The position numbers were made by a program, and so were the translations under genes. A stretch of DNA of 64,000 nucleotides, taken from NCBI GenBank assembly GCA_964556395.1, contig CAZKVR010000001.1, positions 106,996 through 170,995 of the forward strand. Direction: 5' to 3'. This DNA comes from an uncultured Methanosarcinales archaeon (GTDB lineage Archaea > Nanobdellota > Nanobdellia > Woesearchaeales > WJKR01). Below are positions 38,022 through 46,719 of the stretch, one piece after another (positions within the stretch are counted from its first letter, which is position 1; each line of letters begins with the position of its first letter). The notes under the pieces were generated by a model. It was not told the DNA's origin. It was given only the letters and a program-made list of their open reading frames with translations, and searched no databases.

Positions 38022-38912
38022 TCAACGATCCACAGGCACGAACTCGAATTCTATCTCATCAGTATCATTGAAGCCGAGCTCGGAAAAAAAGAACAATGCA
38101 TGATGATTATCATCAAGCGGTCTTTGGAAGATGACACGGAAACCCCTGCCATCCTCATCGACATCTCCAGTACATCTGAGCTTGCACTCTTCGTATGAGT
38201 ATTCAGGAGAACGTGAGTATCTGCTCCTATACCTATCATATTTGATATCATAGATGCGATTGAAATGCCAACCTATCAGACCGCCTCGGTGTTTCATCGT
38301 TGCAGGGTGGATTTCGGCTTGTTTGACAAAATAAATCTTCTCGCCATACGTGTACCTCGAAAGGTACTTGCGATATATCTTATCGAATGAATCCTTCCAC
38401 CCATCCGAAATTGTGTTCCGTTTCCTGATGGTCCAAGCGAAGACTCCGGACCCGTCAACAGGATCGACATCAGCGTACGCTATGATACAGGTTTGTTCCA
38501 TATAGTTATCGCGGCGGAACAGAGAGGACTTCTCTTCCTCCTTATAGACACCAACATAATATCCGCGTGGACGCGGAAATACGGGTTCGAACGAAGAGGT
38601 AGAGAACTCGAAATAGTTTACTCCTTCCTCGACATGGATCGTGTGCTCTTCTATAGAGCCGTCACCTGACTTGATAGCGAGCGTGTGCTTGCCAGTATCG
38701 ACATCTCTGATAGGGAGCCTGCCATACACCTTCTTGACATTGAATGATGAGTCGATCACATCGTATTCGTTAGATGTGAATCCCTTAAATTCCCCATCGA
38801 GGTAGACCCCACAGCCAGGATCGCCTGAAACACCTAGCGTTTGCGCGACCCCTTCGATGCTGAGCATCGCGAGAAGGAGTCCGAATGAACTGATAAGAAA
38901 TGATGTTTTCAT
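38022..38912 (-). CDS. Secreted PEGA-like domain protein (paralog 1)
   Basis: The start is at MKTSFLISSFGLLLAMLSIEGVAQ. A CxPGxxVYLD...G.H.L pattern is shared with gene 38993..39766. Confidence 0.55.
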   Translation of the reverse strand: MKTSFLISSFGLLLAMLSIEGVAQTLGVSGDPGCGVYLDGEFKGFTSNEYDVIDSSFNVKKVYGRLPIRDVDTGKHTLAIKSGDGSIEEHTIHVEEGVNYFEFSTSSFEPVFPRPRGYYVGVYKEEEKSSLFRRDNYMEQTCIIAYADVDPVDGSGVFAWTIRKRNTISDGWKDSFDKIYRKYLSRYTYGEKIYFVKQAEIHPATMKHRGGLIGWHFNRIYDIKYDRYRSRYSRSPEYSYEECKLRCTGDVDEDGRGFRVIFQRPLDDNHHALFFFSELGFNDTDEIEFEFVPVDR

Positions 38913-38992
38913 AATTATTATTTTTGTGAGTTTATTACAATTAGTTTTATTTGATGTTCTGGACGTCAAGACGCCTTTTCTCAGCGAGAGAT

Positions 38993-39766
38993 TCAATAGG
39001 GTGAAGAAGGCATCGGCACGAACTCGAAAGTCAGCTCCTTATTGTCGAATATCTTATCATACCCTTTCGTGGAGCGCAGGCGAAGGGTGAAACCCTCGCC
39101 ATCCTCTTTTATCCGGCCATTCCCGATCAGGATAGGCTTGCTACCGCTATGCTGGCTGGCAGATAATATCATACGGACACTCACATCGCCAGAAGAAGCC
39201 ACTTTCATCTCCCCTGAGAAGAGGGTCGTATAACGCTTCTGACGCAAGTCCTCGATGTCATAGACATCGAGAAAGAAACCGTAGAACATGTCCTTGAAGG
39301 TGTAGGAGTTCCTGCTTTCATCCCCATACCTCGAAAAAGGCGCCCACGTGAATTCGATGTTTTTAGTGGTCGTGTCGTCCTCACCCATATAGAGCATGAG
39401 GTGATGGTGTATCGTGGTTGATTTGAACAACGATTTCTTCTCCTCTACATTGTAGGAAGCGACATAGTAACCGTCCTTGCGAGGGAAACCAGCACTCTTA
39501 TCGATGTTGACCACAAGTTCGTTCACGCCTTCATGGATGTCGAGAGAGTAGCGTTTCACGAATCCCGTGCTTTTCTTCACCGTGAGTTCATGAGCCCCTA
39601 GGGCTACATCGTCGATGAACAGACCGTCCTGCGCGTCGCTCGTGACGCCTTTGAGCGTGTCATCGAGGTAGACCCTGTAGCCCGGCTCGCAGATGACAAA
39701 AAGTTGTTGTGATACTCCTTCGCTCCAGAGAGCGAAGAGCATGATAATAAAGATTAGATGTTTCAT
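38993..39766 (-). CDS. Secreted PEGA-like domain protein (paralog 2)
   Basis: The N-terminus is MKHLIFIIMLFALWSEGVSQ. It is arranged in tandem with paralog 1. Confidence 0.55.
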   Translation of the reverse strand: MKHLIFIIMLFALWSEGVSQQLFVICEPGYRVYLDDTLKGVTSDAQDGLFIDDVALGAHELTVKKSTGFVKRYSLDIHEGVNELVVNIDKSAGFPRKDGYYVASYNVEEKKSLFKSTTIHHHLMLYMGEDDTTTKNIEFTWAPFSRYGDESRNSYTFKDMFYGFFLDVYDIEDLRQKRYTTLFSGEMKVASSGDVSVRMILSASQHSGSKPILIGNGRIKEDGEGFTLRLRSTKGYDKIFDNKELTFEFVPMPSSPY

Positions 39767-39979
39767 GAATCATAAGATTTGAAGTTTGACAAATGTTTTG
39801 AAAGATACGCCGTAGGTTCCGACTGCTCCGAGAACCACCCCCCATCATTGAGCCAACCCGAAGGTGGTGTCGAAGGATGGTATCACGACACCTCCACCAT
39901 AGTGATGGCGCCGTGATTGCTTTCATAAGCATTGTTTGTTTCATAAGCTAACGAGCGATACAATAATTGTTTATAACTA

Positions 39980-40453
39980 TCAGTAGGAGATGACCCCCCA
40001 TCCGAGACTGACCTCGAACGCAGGGACTATTTCAGGCGCCCCGAAAGCGACACCACCTCCAAACCTGAAGTCGAAGTTTTCTCCTAAGATAAAACGGTAG
40101 CCGGTGACGACGGCGATAACATCATAATACGTGTCAGACGCGTCCTCAGTCACCATGACGTAGTTCGTTAAATTAGAGGCAAATAAGAAGTAGCCTGACT
40201 GAAACGGATCGGGTTCGAAGAAAAAATTGACACCTACTCCGGTTACAACATCACCATTCGGTTTCCGTCCTCCATATCCTAATGAATAGCTCAAAGAGTA
40301 ATTGTTTGAGACGTCAAGGAAGTGTTCGAGGCCAAAGACACCTGTGATAGTAGAGGCTCCTCCCCGGAAATACCAGATATCTTGAGATTGCGCTGGTCGC
40401 GCCATCAGCAACGTGATGGCCGTGATTGCGATGATAAGGATTGTTTTTTTCAT
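39980..40453 (-). CDS. OMP-like beta-barrel protein
   Basis: A signal peptide is present. TGYRFILGENFDFRFGGGVAFG-type amphipathic strands run to an aromatic C-terminus (ISY). Confidence 0.55.
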   Translation of the reverse strand: MKKTILIIAITAITLLMARPAQSQDIWYFRGGASTITGVFGLEHFLDVSNNYSLSYSLGYGGRKPNGDVVTGVGVNFFFEPDPFQSGYFLFASNLTNYVMVTEDASDTYYDVIAVVTGYRFILGENFDFRFGGGVAFGAPEIVPAFEVSLGWGVISY

Positions 40454-40504
40454 GATGTAAAGGTTTTTGAGTTATACAATGTGTTCTCGTGAATTGATGT
40501 AGGG

Positions 40505-41080
40505 TTATTTCAGCCACGGCTTCCACAGCGCGAACCCTGCTCTGATTTCGAGGTAGAGTCCGCTTGCGATGTAGCTGTGCCTGTAGCCGGCTCCCGCTTT
40601 TATGAAGTAGTGGTCTCCTGCGAACCTGTAGCCGAGCGTTGCCGTGATGGCTGGAGTCCAGCCTTCGGTCTCGCCGTCGTGCGTCCGTTTGTAGGTGCCT
40701 TGTTCTGCGTTCGTCAGGAATCCCGCGCTGAGGTATGAGCCGTCGTTCAGGATTGCGCCGTTGATCGCGAGGTCGAATCCGAAGGACCATCGGTCTTCGA
40801 GAGGTCCTGGTTTCCCGAGCCTGACGTCGAGGGCTACCCGGTCGTAGTTGAATGATACTCCTCCGTAGGGGATGGTGTACCAGTCGAGGCCTCCCATGAG
40901 GTATATCTGGGTTTCGGCTCTCGTTTCCGGCAGTCCATGGTTGTAGTATCGCGGACGGTGCACTTTCTTAGGGGTGTAGTTCCGTCCGAACTTGCTCTTC
41001 TCGTCCTCTTGTGAGGATGCTTGCTGTGCTCCTGCGATGAGCAGGAGTGATGCGATCGCTGTGATGAGTGTGCTTTTCAT
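40505..41080 (-). CDS. OMP-like beta-barrel protein
   Basis: A signal peptide is present. Segments TATLGYRFAGDHYFIKAGAGYRHSY and LYLEIRAGFALW show the same pattern. Confidence 0.55.
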   Translation of the reverse strand: MKSTLITAIASLLLIAGAQQASSQEDEKSKFGRNYTPKKVHRPRYYNHGLPETRAETQIYLMGGLDWYTIPYGGVSFNYDRVALDVRLGKPGPLEDRWSFGFDLAINGAILNDGSYLSAGFLTNAEQGTYKRTHDGETEGWTPAITATLGYRFAGDHYFIKAGAGYRHSYIASGLYLEIRAGFALWKPWLK

Positions 41081-41450
41081 ATCTGTGGTTTTTCGGGTTT
41101 TTACTGTGTTTGTTAGAGATATCTCTAGCGCTTCGTGCGCGGCGAGAGCCTCTCTGTCAGGGTTTTCCGGTGTTTTTGGCTCTCTGTCTGTCGCTGGTGT
41201 TCGCGTTGGCGTAGGGTTTCCCTTTTTTCTGCGCTTTCGCGTTGTGCCAGGCGTTGACGGCGGGCGTGTGCAAGGGCATGGTTCATGCTGGTGTTCTTGT
41301 TGGCCCTGTGGCCGTCGTGCGTGTTTGGTGGTTTATAGTGACTACCAGAGGATGACGAATAGTATAAAAATGTTTACGTGAAACAGGATAAATTCTATAT
41401 AGAAATTAATTCCCGCAACTCATTTAAACCACCTCTCCGCCGCCGAAGAC

Positions 41451-42023
41451 ATGCTCGGCAACAAGCGGAAAGAAGAGCTCGAAAAGCTCAAGCAGGACGT
41501 CACGGAGAAGGCAGAAGAAACAAAAAAGCTACAAGAGGACGCCAAGGCCCAACGCTCGAGTATACAAGAGCAGCAGGCCTTCCTGGAGAAACTCAGCAAG
41601 AAGCAGGATGACCTCATCAACGCGTTCTCAGGGGAGCTCGACACCCTGCGCCGGACGAACGAGCAGGCCAAGGCAGAGGTCCATAACCTGAAGACCACCC
41701 GGGTCGAGCTCAAGGACGACGTGGCGGAACGGTTCCAGCAGCAATTGTCAAAGTCGTTGAAGGCCATGGAGGGCAAGCTGGAAGCGGACACCGGCAGGAT
41801 AGATGCCTTGTCGGAGTCATTCCAGGCCATCACCAAGGAGCTCAAGGACGCGAGGGCGCAGATCGGCAAGTTCAAGGACCTCGCCGAGACCATCAAGGAG
41901 TCGGACTACAGGCTGAAAGAGCACGCCAAGGCCTTGGAGCAGGCGGACCAGGAGAAGCTGCGGCTGATGAAGCGCGTGGACGAGCTGGAATCCATGATGG
42001 CGAAGATGAAAAGACGTCACTGA
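41451..42023 (+). CDS. Coiled-coil protein
   Basis: The protein is helical along its whole length. A TATA box CTATATAG lies about 50 nt upstream. Confidence 0.55.
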   Translation: MLGNKRKEELEKLKQDVTEKAEETKKLQEDAKAQRSSIQEQQAFLEKLSKKQDDLINAFSGELDTLRRTNEQAKAEVHNLKTTRVELKDDVAERFQQQLSKSLKAMEGKLEADTGRIDALSESFQAITKELKDARAQIGKFKDLAETIKESDYRLKEHAKALEQADQEKLRLMKRVDELESMMAKMKRRH

Positions 42024-42075
42024 ACAGTGATAAAAAATAGAAATATTTATATAATGTTATTACCATAAGATAGTT

Positions 42076-42615
42076 ATGAAAGTCCTGTTGGAACAAGCCA
42101 CGCCGGACCTCGCCGCCAAGGCGCAAAAGGAATACGACGCGCTCTTCTCACAACAACCGGACAAGTACCGCACACACCTCAACAACTACGACCTCGACAA
42201 CCCCGAGAAGGCGGAGCTCGAACCGGACGAGGACGAGGACCTCTACCTCATCAAGGACCAGCAGGACAACCTCCTCGGATACCTGCAAGCGTGTCAAGAA
42301 CAGCCAGGAACCCCCGCCCCCGACGCGCCAGTGCTGAGAGACTACACCAACCAAGGCGACAGCCTCACCATCAACAAGCTCGAGATCTTCAAGAAATACC
42401 AAGGGATAGGACTCGGCAGCGAAGTCATGGAACAACTGCAAGGACGAGGCTACGAGCTCATAGACCTCACGGCAAGGGAGAGCGCCGAGAGGTTCTACCT
42501 CAAGCACGGCTTCAAAGACACCGGCCTGAGGGATGAAGGGAAGAAGGTGCTGGCCTGGCACAACCCGGAGTACGAATCCCGAGAAGCATCCCTGCTTGAG
42601 CAGCAAGCCTTCTAA
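42076..42615 (+). CDS. GNAT-family acetyltransferase
   Basis: The protein carries Q/RxxGxG/A-like QGIGLGSEVMEQL and RFYLKHGF. Confidence 0.55.
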   Translation: MKVLLEQATPDLAAKAQKEYDALFSQQPDKYRTHLNNYDLDNPEKAELEPDEDEDLYLIKDQQDNLLGYLQACQEQPGTPAPDAPVLRDYTNQGDSLTINKLEIFKKYQGIGLGSEVMEQLQGRGYELIDLTARESAERFYLKHGFKDTGLRDEGKKVLAWHNPEYESREASLLEQQAF

Positions 42616-42887
42616 CGGTATTTGAGTATGAGAACGAGGGATAGCACCGAACCCCCGACGCCGAACCCGAACCCGATGATGATCGGCCACGCGCCAAGCA
42701 CCAAGCCATACGCCAACCACACGCTCGTCCCGAGCGAGAAGATTATGTACGTCCACAGGCTGACGTCATGGGATGACTTGCGCTGCCAGAGCCGCCACGC
42801 CTGCAACCAGTGGCCGAAGCTCATGAGCACGCCGAAGACAGACGCCACCACCTCCAGAACGGCCAGGAACATCCCCCACCAGAACAA
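42612..42887 (-). CDS. SemiSWEET / PQ-loop sugar transporter (3-TM)
   Basis: It aligns to bacterial SemiSWEET: ...WLQAWRLWQRKSSHDVSLWTYIIFSLGTSVWLAYGLVLGAWPIII. Confidence 0.65.
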   Translation of the reverse strand: MFWWGMFLAVLEVVASVFGVLMSFGHWLQAWRLWQRKSSHDVSLWTYIIFSLGTSVWLAYGLVLGAWPIIIGFGFGVGGSVLSLVLILKYR

Positions 42888-42922
42888 GAGCCTTTTTAAA
42901 TAATCTTCGCTTCCCGAACCTT

Positions 42923-43828
42923 ATGAAGATCGTCTTCCTCGGCACCGGCGGCATGGTGCCGACCAAGGACCGGAACGTGCAATCGACCTACCTCGAATAC
43001 CGGGGAGAAGGCATCCTGATGGACTGCGGCGAAGGCACGCAGCGCCAGATGAACCTCGCAGGCATCAACCGGATCAAAGTAAGGAAGATACTCATCAGCC
43101 ACTGGCACGGCGACCACGTCGCAGGCCTCATCGGCCTCATCCAGACCCTCGGCAACATCGACGAGCCAGGCACGGTACGGCTGTACGGCCCGGAAGGCAC
43201 GAAGGACTACCTGGACCACATGCTGAAGTGCTGCTCGTTCGACATGCGCCTCGACCTCCAAGTACAGGAGATCAGGCCCGAGGACGACGAGCCCGTCACG
43301 TTCTTCGAGAACGACCGGTACGAACTCCAAGCAGTGAGGCTGCGCCACAGCACCCCTTGCCTAGGCTACGCCTTCGTCGAGAAGGACCAGCGCAACATCA
43401 GCATGGCAAAGGCCGAGAAACTAGGACTCGAAGAGGGCCCGGTCCTCGGCAGGCTCCAGAAAGGGGAGACGATAACGAAGGACGGCGAGACCATAAGCCC
43501 GGACGACGTCTCCACCATCAAGAAGGGCCGGAAGGTCTCGTTCGCACTGGACACCGAGCCGTGCCCCGGCCTGAACAACCTCGCCCGGGACGCGGACATC
43601 TTCATCGCGGAAGCCACGTACGAATCATCCTTGGATGAGAAGGCCGAGGAGTACAAGCACCTCACCGCCCAGCTCGTCGCCCAGGTCGCCTCGCAGGAGA
43701 ACGTCAAGAAACTCTACCTCACTCACTTCTCCCAACGCTACAAGACACCTGAGAAGCTGGAGGAGGACGCCAGGAAGGTCTTCCCAGACACGGTGTGCGC
43801 GTACGACTTCCTCCAGGTCAAATTATGA
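42923..43828 (+). CDS. rnz: Ribonuclease Z (tRNA 3'-processing)
   Basis: The HWHGDHVAG metallo-beta-lactamase motif is present. The size and termini are typical of short RNase Z. Confidence 0.85.
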   Translation: MKIVFLGTGGMVPTKDRNVQSTYLEYRGEGILMDCGEGTQRQMNLAGINRIKVRKILISHWHGDHVAGLIGLIQTLGNIDEPGTVRLYGPEGTKDYLDHMLKCCSFDMRLDLQVQEIRPEDDEPVTFFENDRYELQAVRLRHSTPCLGYAFVEKDQRNISMAKAEKLGLEEGPVLGRLQKGETITKDGETISPDDVSTIKKGRKVSFALDTEPCPGLNNLARDADIFIAEATYESSLDEKAEEYKHLTAQLVAQVASQENVKKLYLTHFSQRYKTPEKLEEDARKVFPDTVCAYDFLQVKL

Positions 43829-44041
43829 GCGGTCCTTGACGACGAGCCTGATGTCCTCGTCCTTGATAGTCTTGCGGCCGGCGTGCTGCGCGACGCGCGC
43901 CGCCTTCTCAGCGATATCTTCCGCGACGCGCTCCATCTCCATCTTCAAGGCGGCCTTAGCCCCCTCGCTAATGCGGAGACCGGTGAAATCCCTCAATAAT
44001 CGCTCCATCGCGGCCAATGGAAGTCCTTTTTTCATGACCAT
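43823..44041 (-). CDS. Archaeal histone (HMf-like)
   Basis: AQHAGRKTIKDEDIRLVV matches HMfB ARHAGRKTIKAEDIELAV. The protein is 72 aa. Confidence 0.9.
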   Translation of the reverse strand: MVMKKGLPLAAMERLLRDFTGLRISEGAKAALKMEMERVAEDIAEKAARVAQHAGRKTIKDEDIRLVVKDRS

Positions 44042-44238
44042 GGTCGAATCACCCGCAATTCCGTAAAAGGAGGTTGTTCTAAAGCTTTTCGGCCCACTGG
44101 ACAGGGACGGGCGAAGGGTTTAAGAAGAGCTTTTTCTAAAGGACAGGGGAAAACAAAAATAGCCGGGAATCCCGGGAAAAACAAAAAAACCACCTAATCC
44201 CGGGAAAACTATATAAATGAGAGACCATTACGACCACT

Positions 44239-45192
44239 ATGCGCATACACCTACCTAACAGCGCGTTCCTCGGCAACATCGACCCAGTCCTCAAAAGATT
44301 CGACCCGAGCGCACCCGACAAGCTCACCATCACAGCGAACGAGCACTGGATATCGATCCATCCTATCGTCGTAGCGATGATAGGCGCTCTAGGCCATGGA
44401 ATGGAAAGAGAGAACATCGAGTGGCAGAACAGGACCGCAAAGTCGTTCCACTACCTCCAGCGCATCGGGCTGACCAAACACATCCCGACGAAAGCCCAGG
44501 ACGACATCACGGAGCACGAGCCCGCGGGACGTTTCATACCCCTTACCAACATCAGGGACGCAGAAGGGCAGACGAGGTTCATCAATGATATGATACCACT
44601 CCTACACCTCGATTACGAGCAGGCAGAACCAATCAAGTATGTCATCAGCGAACTCCTCCGGAACGTCCTCGAACACGCCCACACAGCAGCAGGCGCATGG
44701 GTGTGCGCCCAGTACTACCCCAAGACCAAGAGAGTGGGCATCGGCATCGCAGACACCGGCATCGGGCTGAAAGCCAGCCTCGAAAGAACCCACCCTATCA
44801 CGACGGACCTCGAAGCCATAAGGTACGCCCTCATGCCAGGCGTATCGGGCTCCGCAGAGCAAGACCTCAACGCAGGAGCAGGATTATTCTTCACCAAGAC
44901 CATCGCCAAGGCGAACAAGGACTTCTTCGTCACCTACACCGGCAACGCGTCGTACAAGCTCCTCAAACCCGACAGTAAGACAAGGCGGCCGAGATACTAT
45001 GCGGACCCGTTCAAGGACCGCCACAACACCAACGAAGGCCTGCCATACTGGCAAGGCACGGTCATCGGCATCGACATCTCCACGGACAACACCACCGCAT
45101 TCTCAGAACTCATGCAGGAGATGAGAGAACTCTACACAGAGAAGCTGAAGGAGAAGAAAGAGATAATCAAGGTGAGGCCGAAGTTCACATGA
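44239..45192 (+). CDS. GHKL-family ATPase (histidine-kinase-like ATP-binding domain) with a ~140-aa N-terminal region of unknown function
   Basis: An N-box ELLRNVLEHAH and a G1 box DTGIGL are present. A TATA box TATATAAATG lies 28 nt upstream. Confidence 0.65.
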   Translation: MRIHLPNSAFLGNIDPVLKRFDPSAPDKLTITANEHWISIHPIVVAMIGALGHGMERENIEWQNRTAKSFHYLQRIGLTKHIPTKAQDDITEHEPAGRFIPLTNIRDAEGQTRFINDMIPLLHLDYEQAEPIKYVISELLRNVLEHAHTAAGAWVCAQYYPKTKRVGIGIADTGIGLKASLERTHPITTDLEAIRYALMPGVSGSAEQDLNAGAGLFFTKTIAKANKDFFVTYTGNASYKLLKPDSKTRRPRYYADPFKDRHNTNEGLPYWQGTVIGIDISTDNTTAFSELMQEMRELYTEKLKEKKEIIKVRPKFT

Positions 45193-45467
45193 ACATCAAC
45201 ATACGGGAAGAAGCAGGAACATTCGCCGAGAACAAGGATAAGGCAGCCGCCATGAGAGAGAGGATGCTGCCAACCCTAAAAGATGGAAAAGAAGTGACCC
45301 TCGACTTCGGAGGGGTTGACGGAGCGACACAGTCGTTCATCCACGCCCTACTTGCCAAGCCGATGAGGGAACTGTCATCAACGGTCCTTAACCGCATAGA
45401 GTTCAAGCGCTGCAACGACCGTGTGAAGGCCATCATCAGCACCGTCACAGACTACCTCCAGGAGTGA
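45189..45467 (+). CDS. STAS-like small protein (DUF4325-type), partner of the GHKL ATPase
   Basis: The protein is 92 aa and contains VTLDFGGVDGATQSFIHALL. It overlaps the upstream gene by 4 nt. Confidence 0.55.
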   Translation: MNINIREEAGTFAENKDKAAAMRERMLPTLKDGKEVTLDFGGVDGATQSFIHALLAKPMRELSSTVLNRIEFKRCNDRVKAIISTVTDYLQE

Positions 45468-45471
45468 AATC

Positions 45472-45858
45472 ATGTCGCACAAGAGCAGAGGCATCAACGC
45501 CGAGCGGGACCTCATCCACAAGTTCTGGGAGCAAGGCTGGGCAGCCCTCAGGGCGGCCGGCTCGGGCTCCTCGCAATTCCCTGCGCCCGACGTGGTGGCG
45601 AGCAACAACGTGCGCAAGCTGGCCATGGAGGTCAAGCTCACCACGGAGTCGAGGAAGTACTTCACGCAGAAGGAGATCCGGGAACTACTCTACTTCGCCG
45701 AGAAGTTCGGCGCCGAGGCGTGGGTGGGCGTCAAGTTCTTCCGCCGACCGTGGGCGTTCCTCGCGGTGGAAGACCTTGAGGAGACGGGGAAGTCGCACGC
45801 CGTCACGCCGGAGATCGCGGAGCGGCGCGGACTCTCCTTCGAAGAGCTGATAGGGTAG
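45472..45858 (+). CDS. hjc: Holliday junction resolvase Hjc
   Basis: The protein carries ERDLIHKFWEQGWAALRAAGSG...PDVVAS...EVKLT... in the Hjc pattern. Confidence 0.9.
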   Translation: MSHKSRGINAERDLIHKFWEQGWAALRAAGSGSSQFPAPDVVASNNVRKLAMEVKLTTESRKYFTQKEIRELLYFAEKFGAEAWVGVKFFRRPWAFLAVEDLEETGKSHAVTPEIAERRGLSFEELIG

Positions 45859-45883
45859 AAATCAGGAACAAAAAAAATGTTTT

Positions 45884-46144
45884 TCACTTCTTCTTTTTCG
45901 GGCGGCCACGCTTCTTCGTCGTCTTCTTCGTGGTCGTCTTCTTAGCGGAGCCGCGGCGGTGCTTGAGCATGTCCTCAATCTCTTCCTCATCCTTGAGGAT
46001 GCTCTTCGCCATGAGCTCTATGTGCGTGTCGATCCTCGCGATGCGCCGCTCCAACAGGATGAGGACGCGCAAGGAGTACACTATCGCCGCCAACGTACCG
46101 ATGATGATTGCCAGAATGACAGCCGCTTCGTTTTCCCAAGCCAT
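45884..46144 (-). CDS. Small TM protein with a basic AT-hook-like tail (KRGRPKKKK)
   Basis: One TM helix is present. The C-terminal GRP motif is as in AT-hooks. Confidence 0.45.
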   Translation of the reverse strand: MAWENEAAVILAIIIGTLAAIVYSLRVLILLERRIARIDTHIELMAKSILKDEEEIEDMLKHRRGSAKKTTTKKTTKKRGRPKKKK

Positions 46145-46290
46145 TGTGATTGAACACCTCTTTACCTACGGACTGACACCATTAATATATAAAGCTTTTG
46201 TTGTCGACCTCACGAAGAGTCTTTTGACGAGGGAGAACCAATGGAAAGGTTTAAATAAGAGCCGGAGTTAGAGGGATTCATCAACACAAG

Positions 46291-46575
46291 GTGGTTCACA
46301 TGCTGAAGATGAACAGGATCACGGACACGTACGACATGCGCGTATTCACCGACAACGGCGACTACTTCGGAGACGTCGAAGAGGCCATAGTCACCAACAC
46401 GAAGATATTCGGATGGAAGGTCCGGGCGACGAAGAATAGCTTCCTCAACCGCGTCCTCGGATCCGCCAAAGGCGTCATCGTCCCGCACCAGCTGGTGAAG
46501 AGCATGGGCGACATCATCATCATCAGCAAACAGGCCATGCCGTCGTACAACCCGGACGAGGACGACGCGGCATAA
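46291..46575 (+). CDS. PRC-barrel domain protein
   Basis: The protein is about 94 aa with a VFTDNGDYFGDVEEAIV...GWKV pattern. Confidence 0.45.
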   Translation: MVHMLKMNRITDTYDMRVFTDNGDYFGDVEEAIVTNTKIFGWKVRATKNSFLNRVLGSAKGVIVPHQLVKSMGDIIIISKQAMPSYNPDEDDAA

Positions 46576-46719
46576 AACTTTTTTCCCAGACCTCTTCCTT
46601 GCTCAGACCTTTTCAGAGCCAGCCTAAAATAGGTCTAAATTCAGGAACCGCTACCAGTCTTTTTTAAACCGTCCTCTCTCGCAACCTTTAAGAAACAAGA
46701 CCCCGTCCTGACACCAGCC

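Noticed and set aside
38993-38996. N-terminal 28-aa extension of the PEGA-like gene 38022..38996 (MNLSLRKGVLTSRTSNKTNCNKLTKIII)
   Set aside because: The signal peptide starts at the internal Met (38912). The extension would overlap the stop of the upstream paralog and lacks a signal-peptide character.
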